This document shows positions 48,461-58,643 of a DNA stretch of 64,000 nt, one piece after another (the first letter of the stretch is position 1; the number at the start of each line of letters is the position of its first letter). The notes under the pieces are model-generated. The model did not search any database, had not been told where the DNA came from, and saw only the letters and a program-made list of their open reading frames with translations. This DNA is from a virus: IMG/VR virus record IMGVR_UViG_3300046804_005798, positions 1 through 64,000 of that record; one strand, given 5' to 3'. The translations under genes and the position numbers were made by a program.

Positions 48461-48673
48461 ATGGAAAGCGTAGAACACCACATTCAGCATGATAAAAATT
48501 TACTTGATGACCCAACTATATCTGCTCAATCAAGAAGACACACTGAAAGTGAATTGGAGTCTTTAGAAAAATGGGTCAAAAATCACCCAAACGATCATCA
48601 TGATCCAACTGCTTTAGAATTATATTGTGACGAAAATCCTGGTGCATTAGAGTGTAAGATATATGAAGACTAA
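48461..48673 (+). CDS. cp12: Calvin cycle inhibitor CP12
   Basis: C-terminal LELYCDENPGALECKIYED. Confidence 0.9.
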   Translation: MESVEHHIQHDKNLLDDPTISAQSRRHTESELESLEKWVKNHPNDHHDPTALELYCDENPGALECKIYED

Positions 48674-50400
48674 TGAGTGAAGGATCTTTATTTAACCCTG
48701 GATTTTTAGGAGCACATTTTAACTGGTGGATAGGTCAGATCGCTGATGATTCCACTTGGAGAGATAATGCTGCATCTGGAAAACATGACTCGCCACAATC
48801 TGTGCCTGGATGGGGACGCAGATATAAAGTGAGAATTATAGGACTCCATGATAAAGAAGAGGAAGTAATATCTTCAGATCAACTTCCTTGGGCTCAAGTA
48901 ATGTACCCAATTACTGCGGGTGGTGGACAAACTGGTGCTTCTCAAACACCAAATCTTCGTCAAGGAAATTTTGTATTTGGATTTTTTCTTGACGGACAAG
49001 ACCAACAAGTTCCTGTAATTATGGGAGTGCTGGGCAATAATGCACAGACTCAATTAAAAACAAAAATAGGCAATAATGATTCCAACTTTGCAGCAACTAG
49101 CGGATATGCTGAAGGAAAAGATCCTCCGATCGGAAGTGCAAAACCAAAAGTTCCTGACGATAGAATAGGAGTTCAAAAACCAAAAGGAAATATACAATCT
49201 GAAGAGTGCTCTCCTGCACCACCGGGTGTCGCTATTAATGAGTTCGGACTTCGTGCTGATAAATCATTAAATTCTCAACAATTTTCTGATCAGCAAAGTG
49301 CAATAAGAGAAGCACAGGCTAGAGGTTTAACCGGAGATGAGAGAACTAGATTCATTCAGAAAGCTGTTGCGGATGGAATAAGGGCAAGATGTAAAGAAGC
49401 AAGTTCACCAACATCTCCTTCTCAACCAGGTGCTACAATTGAAAATCCGGATGATAATCATATTCAAACAAATGCGGACACAAAAAGAAATGAATTATAT
49501 TTGAAGAAAAGAGTATTAATGAGTCCATGTGATCAGGTAGGTTCTGCATTAAAAGCGATTAATATATTATTAGAAAATCTCACCAGAGATATAGATAAAA
49601 TTTTACAAACAGCACAAAGTTATATTGACGCAGCTTCTCAAATTTTATCCAGTGATATTAAGAAATTGATATTTGATTACTCTTGTCAAATAGCGAAGTA
49701 TATGAAAATTGTTTTTGATAAAATATTGGAATATATTCTTAAAAAAATTAACATTTCTATGGCAAAGACTGTTGATGTAATGTATCCAAATCAAAGACAT
49801 CAATATCTTGATATTAAAGATCAAATTACCGAAAAAATTTATTCTCTTTTTGGTAGAATTATTGAAAATTTATGTGATCAAATCGGAGCAGCGTTAAATC
49901 AAATACTTGATATAAAAAATCCATCTAGAGATCGTGATCCATATACTGGTTATAATGGAGATGCTCCTTATGTTCCGATTTGTTCTGTAGAAAAACTAGT
50001 TGGAGATGTTGTTGCAGCAAATCAAAGTGATATTAATAATGGTATTGATGAGATTTTGAAAGGTATAAATGTATTTTTATCCGATATAAGTTCTCAACTT
50101 GCTGAAGTAAGTAGTAGTTTATCTGATATAACTGCCACCATTAGTTCTATAAGTTCTAGTTTAAGTAGTGCATTGAGATTTGAAAATATAAAATTAAATA
50201 TTTTTAAAGGAGATTTAAAACCAAGTTGTCCATCTTCCAATTTCTACACGTTACATAAGGGTGGCGGATCTTCTGAAGAAGCACAATTTCCAAATTATAG
50301 TTCAGTTGCTAAAAATGTACAATCTGCAACTAAAATTTCTTTCTCTCCTGGAATTGACTTTGCACAACCAGCAAAGAACACTGAAGATTTGAAATATTAA
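48673..50400 (+). CDS. gp5: Baseplate hub gp5-like protein (N-terminal OB fold)
   Basis: WWIGQI, RYKVRIIGLH, LPWA, VFGFFLDG..QVPVIMG. Confidence 0.8.
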   Translation: MSEGSLFNPGFLGAHFNWWIGQIADDSTWRDNAASGKHDSPQSVPGWGRRYKVRIIGLHDKEEEVISSDQLPWAQVMYPITAGGGQTGASQTPNLRQGNFVFGFFLDGQDQQVPVIMGVLGNNAQTQLKTKIGNNDSNFAATSGYAEGKDPPIGSAKPKVPDDRIGVQKPKGNIQSEECSPAPPGVAINEFGLRADKSLNSQQFSDQQSAIREAQARGLTGDERTRFIQKAVADGIRARCKEASSPTSPSQPGATIENPDDNHIQTNADTKRNELYLKKRVLMSPCDQVGSALKAINILLENLTRDIDKILQTAQSYIDAASQILSSDIKKLIFDYSCQIAKYMKIVFDKILEYILKKINISMAKTVDVMYPNQRHQYLDIKDQITEKIYSLFGRIIENLCDQIGAALNQILDIKNPSRDRDPYTGYNGDAPYVPICSVEKLVGDVVAANQSDINNGIDEILKGINVFLSDISSQLAEVSSSLSDITATISSISSSLSSALRFENIKLNIFKGDLKPSCPSSNFYTLHKGGGSSEEAQFPNYSSVAKNVQSATKISFSPGIDFAQPAKNTEDLKY

Positions 50401-50455
50401 GTGGGACAATAAATATTAGCAATGAAATCAAAGAACTTAGTATTTAATATATCGA

Positions 50456-53400
50456 ATGGCAAGTAATCTATTCGGACAACCTTCAAAAGATGATATTAGA
50501 GTAGGGTACATCGATCCCAAGTTGGGATATATTAGTGATGTGTCTATATGTGAAGCTAATGAATATGGTAAAGATAATCCAGGCACGATTTTTTTATTCA
50601 AGAATGGTAATAATATTCTTCAATATTTAACTCTTAACGAAGTTAATAGACTTACTCCATCTGATTTGGAGTCAAATCAAGATTGTGAAGGAATAAATCA
50701 GAAAAAACCCTGCGGACCACCGGTCATTCAAATTTACGGAGGACGTGGAGTAGGTGCTCAAGCAAATCCAGTTATTGGTGCCGATGGATCATTGTTGGCA
50801 GTTGATTTGGTTCGTGGCGGACATGGATATCAATATAATCCACAGGTAACTGCAAATGACCATTGCTATTATGGTAGTGGTTCTGTGCTTAAGGCAGTGA
50901 TTGGAGAGGTTTCAACCGGATTTGAAACTTATGCCGATGAGGAAGATTTTGAAGAATATGAAATTTGCGATCCAAACGAGGTTGGATTTGGTAGAAAATA
51001 TGGTTCAAATGGTGAAGATTTAGGTCCATGGGAACCAAGTAATTATGTAAATATAGGATTGGATCCTATAAGGGAAGAGGTAGAAAAATATGGAAAGGTT
51101 GTAAGAGCTCTTGCGAGGTCTCCATTTTGGGATACTCGAAAAAGAAAACCAAATAAAATAACAGCAAGCGATTCTAAAGTAACGCCCTATCAAACACATA
51201 ATGTTACTTTTGGTAGTGCTTGGTCTGACTTTATGAATTCTTATGCGGTTTCTCCAGTTTCACCATCAAATATAAAAGGGAGTGATTATTCTGGAATACT
51301 TTTTACAATGGAATGGAATGAAGATTTTCCTTTGACTGGAGAATACGTTTTTAGGGGATTATGTGATAATGTTTCACAACTTTATGTTGATAATGAAAAG
51401 GTATTTGATTTAGGTAACTTTAACGGGTCTGTGAATGATGTCAGAAAAATAATTACAGAAGGTATTCACACCATTCGTATAGATCTTTTAAATGTTCCAA
51501 TATATGAAACAAAAGTTACATCAGGATCTAGTTCTAATTTAACAAATAACATTAAACCAAAATTTATTCAGGAAGGTAAAAATTATTTTCTAGAAGTTGG
51601 TGGCACTGGAACTGGTGAAGTAACAATTTTAATGGATATTGATGACCAAAGTTTTATCGCAGGACTTGCTGCTAAAGAAGTTATTATACCCTCAGATGGT
51701 AATGATTTATCCTTCAAAAGGAGATCTGATACTCCACAAAAAGAAACAATTAAAAAGACTGGAAAATTTAGTGCTGGAAAAACTTATGGACCAATACAGA
51801 TTAATGGAGCATCTCCGGGTGCAGGAACTCCTAAAGTTAGTAACAATAAGTTAGGTCTTCTTGACACTGATGGAAGTGATGAAAATATAAAAGTTATCAT
51901 AACAGATATTAAAAATAATACGAGTTCTTCTGTAAGTTCTCAATCAACAACATCTTCTACTGGACTAATAAAAACAGTTCAAGTTTTTAATACTTCAAGT
52001 TATATTGATAAAGCTAATAGAAAACTTTGGAGAACTAATGCATCTTCTGGACTCAATTCAGATTTTTTGACTCAATATGGAGTTTCACCTTTTGATACTA
52101 CAACAAGAGAAGCACAGACTGATAGTTTTGCTGGCATTCATGTTATAAGATGGGAGAGTATAAATTTTCCTATTGATGGTAACTACAATATTGATATTAT
52201 GGTCGATGACAATGTGACTTTATATATTGGAAACCGTTCAACTGGTGGAAAAATTGATGATGGTTCTGGATTATTAAAAGATGAAATTGTGATTAGGAAG
52301 AATGGATTTAATTCTCAAGGTAATAGCAGAGGAAAAACAACAGAATCTAGATTTTTTAAAGCAGGTAGTTATAGAATTAGGGCTGAGTTGGAGCAAATTT
52401 CTGGAAAGCCTTTGGCAAAGGGCAATCCTATGGCTCTTGCTATCAATATAGAGGTTTCCCAAGTTGAACAAAAAATAGTATCTCCAAAATCTTGGAATGA
52501 AAATCCTATGGGAGTTTCAGTAACTATTGATGCTCCACCCGAACCAGCTCCTCCACAAGAGGCAATTCCGGAGCAGGAGGGAAGATGCCCAAATAATCCA
52601 ATATGGACGACTAGATTTCCCACCACATCTCAAAGTTGGTATCCAGTTAAATTTTCAAGTCCAAGAATAATAACAGAGACAATTACTGTAGACAATCCAA
52701 CACCAACTCAACAAAAGAAGGAAGTGAGTTTTACTGTTTATGGTGAAGGGGCAATAAAAGATTTATCCTTTGTCTTCACTGCAGTTGATGGTTCGCACAC
52801 CTTTGTCATAAATGGTGCAGATACAAATAAAAAATCAAGAGTTGAAAAAATTACTATAACTCCAAATTTAAATTATATTGTTAAATCCAAAGAAGATTCT
52901 TCTAAATTTAGCTCTGTCGAACAGGGTTTGGTTAAGGGTGGAACTAAAGACAAGGAAAGTGGAGTTGGATCCTCAAATAGGATTTTCGCAGATTATACTG
53001 CAACTAACAATGATAATGATGATATACAAATAACGACATCTATTGGTTCTTTTTCTAGTTCAAATAAGAGAAAGGCAAAAAACAGTGGTAGGAATACATA
53101 TGATTTAACATATAGATTGGAGTCTGCTTCAGCAGTTGTAAATAATAGTACTACTTCAACAAGAACTTATGAGGCTCCTGGTTGGAGTAGATTTATGAAT
53201 CGTTATGCAATCTCTCCCGTCAAACCTTTAGATACTCCTGGAAGTGATAGTTCTGGAGCAACATATTCTACTTCTTGGAGTATTGACATTCCATATGATG
53301 GATTTTATGGTTTAAGAGGAACTAGAGATAATAAAGGTAGGATATTAATTGATAATAATGAAATATCGACTCTTGATGGATTTAATAATGAGTCGCCAAA

Positions 53401-55105
53401 GTTAGTAAAAACTTTTCTTTCTAAAGGAAGGCATACTATTACTGCAGAACTTTACAATGAACCAATAGAAACTCAAAGTGTTATAGATCAAAAAATCTTC
53501 AGAACTAAAGATTGGCAAGTTGATACCCAAAGTACAATCACTACCCCATCAAAAATAAAAGCAAAATTTGTTCAAAAGGGAAAACAATATTACCTGGAAG
53601 TTGAAGGGACTGGAAGTGGTGAAATATTCTTTGCAATGGATATTAATGATAGATCATTTATCTTTGGTGTAGCTGCAAAAGAAATTAGTATTCCTTCAGA
53701 TAATGGACAAATATCTTTTAAGAGAAATTCGGATAAAGAAATTATTAGAAAATCCGGAAAATTTAGTGCTGGAAAAACTTATGGACCAATTCAAATTATT
53801 GGTGCCTCACCTGGATCAGGAACTCCTAAAGTCAGTAGTAATAAGTTAGCTCTTCTTGACGCTGAAGGAAATGATGAAAATATTAAGTTTATAATAACCG
53901 ACGTTAAAAACAGTGGAACATCTTCTTCCACTGTTCAGCAGACTCTATCTGGCGGCACATCAAAAGATGGCGTAACATATAGTGGTCCAAATCTTTTCCA
54001 TTATACTGATAGTAGATGGGGAGATTTTATGAATAATCATTCAATATCACCATATCTACCTCCACTTGATTCTGATAATCCACAGATAAATGGTAAAAAA
54101 ACTTATACTTGGAAAGGAGTTAAATTTCCTGAAAGTGGACAATACAAAGTGGCATTTCAAGCAGATAATAGTGCATCTTTATTGATTAATGGAATAAAGG
54201 TTTTAGATTCAAGAGGATTCACGGGAATTCCTCCATTTGATGCTGTTAATATTACTGCAGGAACTTATGATATCGTCGTAGAAATGGAAAATACTCCAGA
54301 CTTTACTAATATTTTCACAAAAAATCCTGTAGGATTTGGTCTTGTTATTATAAAGGAAATCTCCCAATCATCAAATAAACAAACTCCATGGACATCAAAT
54401 CCCATGGGAATTTCTGCAATTCTAATTCCACCCCCTTGTCCAAAAAAGTTGAGTGGTAGAGGAGTTGTTACTGAAATTATAGTAGAAGATCCTGGAAATG
54501 GATATACGCCACCACCAACAATAATTCCAAGTACAACAGGAACTAGTACATATCCAGTTATTTTAAGATTAGAAAATGTAATAGTTACAAATCCAGGTAT
54601 AAATTATAGATGCGGAGAGGACAAAATTATAGTCACTCCCAGTAATGGTGCAGTGTTAGATTATGAATGCGATTCTTTTGGTAGAATTACTACAGTAACG
54701 CCTGTTAATCCTGGTATAGGTTTTACCTCATATCCAAGTATAACTATTCAAACTGAAACAGGAATTAATTTTGAAGCAATACCAGTTCTTGTGCCAGTTA
54801 GAGATCCTATTGTAGTAGATACGGCAAAACTTATTCAAGTCACAGATTTGGTTGGTCTTAAACAGAATGGTTATATTGATGGTAGAGCATATTATGGATC
54901 TGTATTTTATAAAGATAATGTTAGATATGCTGGATTCTATGAGACTCCGGGAGAACTTGTTCAAGTATATAATACCTTACAAGAAAGTATTGATGCTAAG
55001 GTTACTTCTGCGCCAACTGCAATTGAAAGATCTGGTACTGATACAGAACTCAGTTCTAACAATCCAAAACTCAATATTCCAAATACTCCAGAGAATTTTA
55101 TTTGA
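50456..55105 (+). CDS. Large virion structural protein with repeated PA14-like modules
   Basis: Four F/IP..G.Y.....D[DN]...L.I modules and an internal duplication. Confidence 0.7.
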   Translation: MASNLFGQPSKDDIRVGYIDPKLGYISDVSICEANEYGKDNPGTIFLFKNGNNILQYLTLNEVNRLTPSDLESNQDCEGINQKKPCGPPVIQIYGGRGVGAQANPVIGADGSLLAVDLVRGGHGYQYNPQVTANDHCYYGSGSVLKAVIGEVSTGFETYADEEDFEEYEICDPNEVGFGRKYGSNGEDLGPWEPSNYVNIGLDPIREEVEKYGKVVRALARSPFWDTRKRKPNKITASDSKVTPYQTHNVTFGSAWSDFMNSYAVSPVSPSNIKGSDYSGILFTMEWNEDFPLTGEYVFRGLCDNVSQLYVDNEKVFDLGNFNGSVNDVRKIITEGIHTIRIDLLNVPIYETKVTSGSSSNLTNNIKPKFIQEGKNYFLEVGGTGTGEVTILMDIDDQSFIAGLAAKEVIIPSDGNDLSFKRRSDTPQKETIKKTGKFSAGKTYGPIQINGASPGAGTPKVSNNKLGLLDTDGSDENIKVIITDIKNNTSSSVSSQSTTSSTGLIKTVQVFNTSSYIDKANRKLWRTNASSGLNSDFLTQYGVSPFDTTTREAQTDSFAGIHVIRWESINFPIDGNYNIDIMVDDNVTLYIGNRSTGGKIDDGSGLLKDEIVIRKNGFNSQGNSRGKTTESRFFKAGSYRIRAELEQISGKPLAKGNPMALAINIEVSQVEQKIVSPKSWNENPMGVSVTIDAPPEPAPPQEAIPEQEGRCPNNPIWTTRFPTTSQSWYPVKFSSPRIITETITVDNPTPTQQKKEVSFTVYGEGAIKDLSFVFTAVDGSHTFVINGADTNKKSRVEKITITPNLNYIVKSKEDSSKFSSVEQGLVKGGTKDKESGVGSSNRIFADYTATNNDNDDIQITTSIGSFSSSNKRKAKNSGRNTYDLTYRLESASAVVNNSTTSTRTYEAPGWSRFMNRYAISPVKPLDTPGSDSSGATYSTSWSIDIPYDGFYGLRGTRDNKGRILIDNNEISTLDGFNNESPKLVKTFLSKGRHTITAELYNEPIETQSVIDQKIFRTKDWQVDTQSTITTPSKIKAKFVQKGKQYYLEVEGTGSGEIFFAMDINDRSFIFGVAAKEISIPSDNGQISFKRNSDKEIIRKSGKFSAGKTYGPIQIIGASPGSGTPKVSSNKLALLDAEGNDENIKFIITDVKNSGTSSSTVQQTLSGGTSKDGVTYSGPNLFHYTDSRWGDFMNNHSISPYLPPLDSDNPQINGKKTYTWKGVKFPESGQYKVAFQADNSASLLINGIKVLDSRGFTGIPPFDAVNITAGTYDIVVEMENTPDFTNIFTKNPVGFGLVIIKEISQSSNKQTPWTSNPMGISAILIPPPCPKKLSGRGVVTEIIVEDPGNGYTPPPTIIPSTTGTSTYPVILRLENVIVTNPGINYRCGEDKIIVTPSNGAVLDYECDSFGRITTVTPVNPGIGFTSYPSITIQTETGINFEAIPVLVPVRDPIVVDTAKLIQVTDLVGLKQNGYIDGRAYYGSVFYKDNVRYAGFYETPGELVQVYNTLQESIDAKVTSAPTAIERSGTDTELSSNNPKLNIPNTPENFI

Positions 55106-55137
55106 AATGATTAAATAGTGTATACCAATTTATAATA

Positions 55138-55800
55138 ATGGCAACTTCTCAGAATAGATTCAATAATAGATCTGGGTCACCCAGAAGTGCTGCATATGCA
55201 TCTGGATCTCTTCCAGAAAACAACACTGCTAAGAAAAATTATACAGGACTTCGTTATGGTAATGATCATGGATCAATAAATTTTGGACATATTCACAAGT
55301 CTGGAGATTGTACTGCAGACGTATTATTGCAAGCTTCTGATGGGAGACACTCTATTTCTTTGGATAAAGAGGGTCCAAGAAAATCTTGTACTCAAATTAC
55401 TGCCCCTGGTAGGATATCTATTGAATCTGGAGAAGACCTTACTGAAACTGAAGACTCTCTTTACATTGGTTCTTGGAATGGTAATATAGATATTAATGCA
55501 TTAAATGGAAAAATCAGACTTATTGGAACTGATATTGAATTAATTGCAGTTGGTGAGGGTGGTTCCAAGGGGAATATTCGAATGAAAGCCCCAAGTGGAA
55601 CAATAGAACTTGATGGTAAAAAGGTAATAATAAATGCAAAGGCAATGTACAAATTGGCAACATCTGGAAAAGCAGAAATTGCTGCTAATAGTTGCTTGAG
55701 TATCTATAGTTCTGTAATAAGAGGCGTGACGGATGCTGTTGCAAATAAAGATGGAAAAAATGGGGGTAGAAACTTCCAAGTCAAACAATCTGAATTTTAA
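55138..55800 (+). CDS. Baseplate spike-like beta-helix protein
   Basis: NGNIDINALNGKIRL..GNIRMKA repeats typical of gp5 C-terminal region. Confidence 0.55.
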   Translation: MATSQNRFNNRSGSPRSAAYASGSLPENNTAKKNYTGLRYGNDHGSINFGHIHKSGDCTADVLLQASDGRHSISLDKEGPRKSCTQITAPGRISIESGEDLTETEDSLYIGSWNGNIDINALNGKIRLIGTDIELIAVGEGGSKGNIRMKAPSGTIELDGKKVIINAKAMYKLATSGKAEIAANSCLSIYSSVIRGVTDAVANKDGKNGGRNFQVKQSEF

Positions 55801-55811
55801 GGAGATAAAAA

Positions 55812-56471
55812 ATGGCACAATGTTCTGATGATCTTGCTTTGGGTGGACAGTTGATGGTCGGTGCAGGGCTTCCACCTATGATGGGTGTTGGTCCTGGAAA
55901 AATTAATGGATCTGCTTTTGTTGAAGGTCCTATGCAAATTGGTGCAGCTAAAGAATATGGCAGTGTTGATGCCACAATGATGGTTGGCAGAACTTTCAAT
56001 TCTGATTCTAGATCTCCATTTTATTCTTTATGGGCAAAACTTTATTCTAGATTTCAAAGTTTTGTAAGAGTTGATTTACTTCTAAAATCCAGATATATTG
56101 AAGCTGAAGTTGTAAGAACAAGAGTTCTTCAGGCAACAATTAAGAATTTTGTAATTGATCATCCAACAAAACCTGGTAAGAAATTAGTTCACACTTGCCT
56201 TGAAGGACCGGAAAATGGCGTTTACATTCGAGGAAGAGTATTAAATAGAAACTACATTGAACTTCCAGATTATTGGAAAGAACTTGTGGATGTAGAAACA
56301 ATTACAGTTTCTCTAACTCCAATTGGATCTCATCAAGACATTATTGTAAAAAGAATTGATGAAGAAAAGGTGCATTTGCAGTCAAAGGCAAATATGCCAA
56401 TAAATTGTTTTTATCATGTTTTTGCGGAGAGAAAAGATGTTAGACCTTTAGAAGTGGAGATTGACGGATAA
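55812..56471 (+). CDS. Virion-associated hypothetical protein
   Basis: C-terminal KNFVIDHP..LVHTCLEGPE..IELPDYW..ERKD domain. Confidence 0.7.
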   Translation: MAQCSDDLALGGQLMVGAGLPPMMGVGPGKINGSAFVEGPMQIGAAKEYGSVDATMMVGRTFNSDSRSPFYSLWAKLYSRFQSFVRVDLLLKSRYIEAEVVRTRVLQATIKNFVIDHPTKPGKKLVHTCLEGPENGVYIRGRVLNRNYIELPDYWKELVDVETITVSLTPIGSHQDIIVKRIDEEKVHLQSKANMPINCFYHVFAERKDVRPLEVEIDG

Positions 56472-57235
56472 TGGCATTTACTTTTCAAAAATACGGAACA
56501 TTTGCCGGACCTGGGGTTGATATAAACTATAGAAATAATGATGATTTTTCTTTAGATCCTTTTGATGGATACTGGAATATTGATGATGTTTCCATGGTTC
56601 TTGCAAATGTAGTTGAATCGCCATCTGATTATGTTTATATGCATTTGAATGGATTTGACACTTCTGTTGTTACTTTAGAAAGAAGTCAGGGAAATATTCC
56701 TAATTTTAATGTAAACGCAAATCAAACAACTTTTAGTGGTAATGTTGATATTGGGGGGGATCTTACTGTAGAAGGTAATTTATTGGTCGAAACTATTTCT
56801 GGAACTGCTTGGTCAAATTTAGTTAGTGATGTAAACAGTAAGAAATCTTTTGATATTTCTCATCCCTCAAAGGGAGGATATAGACTTAGATACATTTGCC
56901 TTGAAGGACCTGAGGCAGAAGTTTATTTTAGAGGAAAACTTTCTAATGGAAATGTTATAGAACTTCCAGATTATTGGAAAGATTTGGTTGATATTGAAAC
57001 TGTGGGTGTAACTCTAACCCCCATTGGGTGTTATCAAGAACTCTTTGTAGAAAAAATTGAATGGGGAAGTAAGATTATTGTAAAAAATAATGCAGGTGGT
57101 GCCGTTAATTGTTCTTACGTTGTCTATGGAGAAAGAAAAGATGTTGATAAAAATATTTCAGAATATCAAGGAACAAGTCCTGCCGATTATCCTGGTGACA
57201 ATTCTCAATATGTGATTAATGGTGTAAGGGCTTGA
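56471..57235 (+). CDS. Virion-associated hypothetical protein (same C-terminal domain as previous gene)
   Basis: KSFDISHP..LRYICLEGPE..IELPDYW..ERKD. Confidence 0.7.
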   Translation: MAFTFQKYGTFAGPGVDINYRNNDDFSLDPFDGYWNIDDVSMVLANVVESPSDYVYMHLNGFDTSVVTLERSQGNIPNFNVNANQTTFSGNVDIGGDLTVEGNLLVETISGTAWSNLVSDVNSKKSFDISHPSKGGYRLRYICLEGPEAEVYFRGKLSNGNVIELPDYWKDLVDIETVGVTLTPIGCYQELFVEKIEWGSKIIVKNNAGGAVNCSYVVYGERKDVDKNISEYQGTSPADYPGDNSQYVINGVRA

Positions 57236-57285
57236 CGCCCTCTCCAGGACCTGCTATGATACCTAGGTAATCAACGGACGACCGA

Positions 57286-57468
57286 ATGCAAGACGAGTAC
57301 CTCTCACGCTGCGTGGTTGACCCTATCAAACGTACAGTGTACTTGTACTCCAATGAAGGGTCAGAAAAACAATTGACATGTGATACTGTTGAAGAGTTTA
57401 TGAACGTGCTAGAATTCGTTCGTGCTACAGTGGATGAAGAGACACTCTCATACGCAAATCCACTTTAA
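57286..57468 (+). CDS. Hypothetical protein
   Basis: 60 aa; TTGACG..TATGAT promoter upstream. Confidence 0.7.
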   Translation: MQDEYLSRCVVDPIKRTVYLYSNEGSEKQLTCDTVEEFMNVLEFVRATVDEETLSYANPL

Positions 57469-57527
57469 GTTCCATTTTTGGTCGAAAAAAATCCCGGTAA
57501 AAATTCTCACACGATACTTTTTTCAAA

Positions 57528-57707
57528 ATGCGTCCAGAAACACGAGAATCAATGGAAATGCTGTTCGCAGCAAAGTGGAATGTTCCAACGGCAGCAAAGA
57601 ATTGTAATCTTACAAACAAAGAAATGAAGATTACATTTAATGAATATTGCCGTTTACATCCTCCAACTTATGTGGTAGAATCAGGTAGTCAACTCAGTTT
57701 TTTCTGA
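57528..57707 (+). CDS. Hypothetical protein (59 aa)
   Basis: MRPETRESMEMLFAAKWNVPTAAKNCNLTNKEMKITFNEYC. Confidence 0.65.
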   Translation: MRPETRESMEMLFAAKWNVPTAAKNCNLTNKEMKITFNEYCRLHPPTYVVESGSQLSFF

Positions 57708-57715
57708 GTTTTTAT

Positions 57716-57997
57716 GCGAGTATGGTGGAATCGGTAGACACACCAGACTTATGAAAATTGAGCCTCATTTGGGAAACCTTGTGAGTGTAACTCCTCAAAT
57801 TCGGTGAAACCTGTAAAATGGCAATACCGAGCCAAGCATCGTAAGATGAAGGTGTAGAGACTAGACGGGGAGCACCTAAACCAAAAGGTATGGTGAAGGT
57901 ATAGTCCAGACCACAAACCGAAAGGGTAGTGAAAACTATAGTGGTACGAAAATCTGTTGAGCGTATGCTCGTGGGAGTTCAAGTCTCCCTACTCGCA
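57716..57997 (+). tRNA. trnL: tRNA-Leu(UAA), split by a group I intron (exons 57716-57750, 57949-57997)
   Basis: GCGAGTA/TACTCGC acceptor stem, spliced loop CT-TAA-AA, long variable arm, GTTCAAGTC T-loop. Confidence 0.92.
57751..57948 (+). mobile_element. Group I intron (198 nt) in tRNA-Leu anticodon
   Basis: P1 CUU|A..UUGAG; core AAATTCGGTGAAAC, GGCAATACCGAG, GTGTAGAGACTA, AAGGTATAGTCC; terminal G. Confidence 0.9.
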
Positions 57998-58042
57998 CTG
58001 AGGTTTAACCTCTAAATAGTCAAAAGTAGTAGGAAAACTCCT

Positions 58043-58312
58043 ATGAAGTACAGAATTGATGCCGCATATGTCTGGTACAATCGCGGAAGACAAATTGTTT
58101 TAATGTACTTTATAAATAAAATTCCTTTTACTTTTGATGAACTCGATGACGAATCTTTATTCGACTTAGAGTTGATCAAATTAGCAGACAATGAAAGACG
58201 CTTTGAACCAGAGGACTTGTATCAATCTTCTTACTATCTTATGTTAGAAGAATGTCATCCTCTTATGTTTGAGTTGGATTTAGAAAATCCTGAAATGTTG
58301 CCTGTTGATTAA
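58043..58312 (+). CDS. Hypothetical protein
   Basis: IVLMYFINKIPFTFDEL..SYYLMLEECHPL. Confidence 0.75.
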   Translation: MKYRIDAAYVWYNRGRQIVLMYFINKIPFTFDELDDESLFDLELIKLADNERRFEPEDLYQSSYYLMLEECHPLMFELDLENPEMLPVD

Positions 58313-58315
58313 TTT

Positions 58316-58388
58316 GCTGGTGTAACTCAATTGGTAGAGTAATTCTTTTGTAAAGAATAAGTTGCAGGATCGTGCCCTGTCACCAGCT
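58316..58388 (+). tRNA. trnT: tRNA-Thr(UGU) with atypical T-loop
   Basis: GCTGGTG/CACCAGC, ACTC/GAGT D-stem, ATTCT-TT TGT AA-AGAAT, T arm GCAGG-ATCGTGC-CCTGT; 73 nt. Confidence 0.85.
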
Positions 58389-58407
58389 TGAGTTCTATAA
58401 CTCCAAA

Positions 58408-58551
58408 ATGTCACTTATTTCACAAAGAGATAGAGAAGTTGCTGTAAAAGCACTTGAGCATTATTCATCTTTCGTAAAAGACGAATCTGATAAGATGGAA
58501 CTGAATGCTCTTATAAATTGGATTAAATTAGAGATTAGTAAAAATGAATAA
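58408..58551 (+). CDS. Small hypothetical protein (47 aa)
   Basis: MSLISQRDREVAVKALEHY...LINWIKLE. Confidence 0.6.
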   Translation: MSLISQRDREVAVKALEHYSSFVKDESDKMELNALINWIKLEISKNE

Positions 58552-58643
58552 ATATCATTACCTGTGACCGGCAAATTTACAGGAGGAGGGTGAAAATCCC
58601 TCCATTTTTATATAAATAATAATGCCGGTTACAGAGTAGAACT
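58548..58643 (+). promoter_or_regulatory. Promoter-hairpin-terminator-promoter cassette C (putative antisense sRNA)
   Basis: ATAAATA 58548; CCTGTG/TACAGG hairpin; GGAGGG/CCCTCC + T run; TATAAATA 58611; leader complementary to hairpin. Confidence 0.7.
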
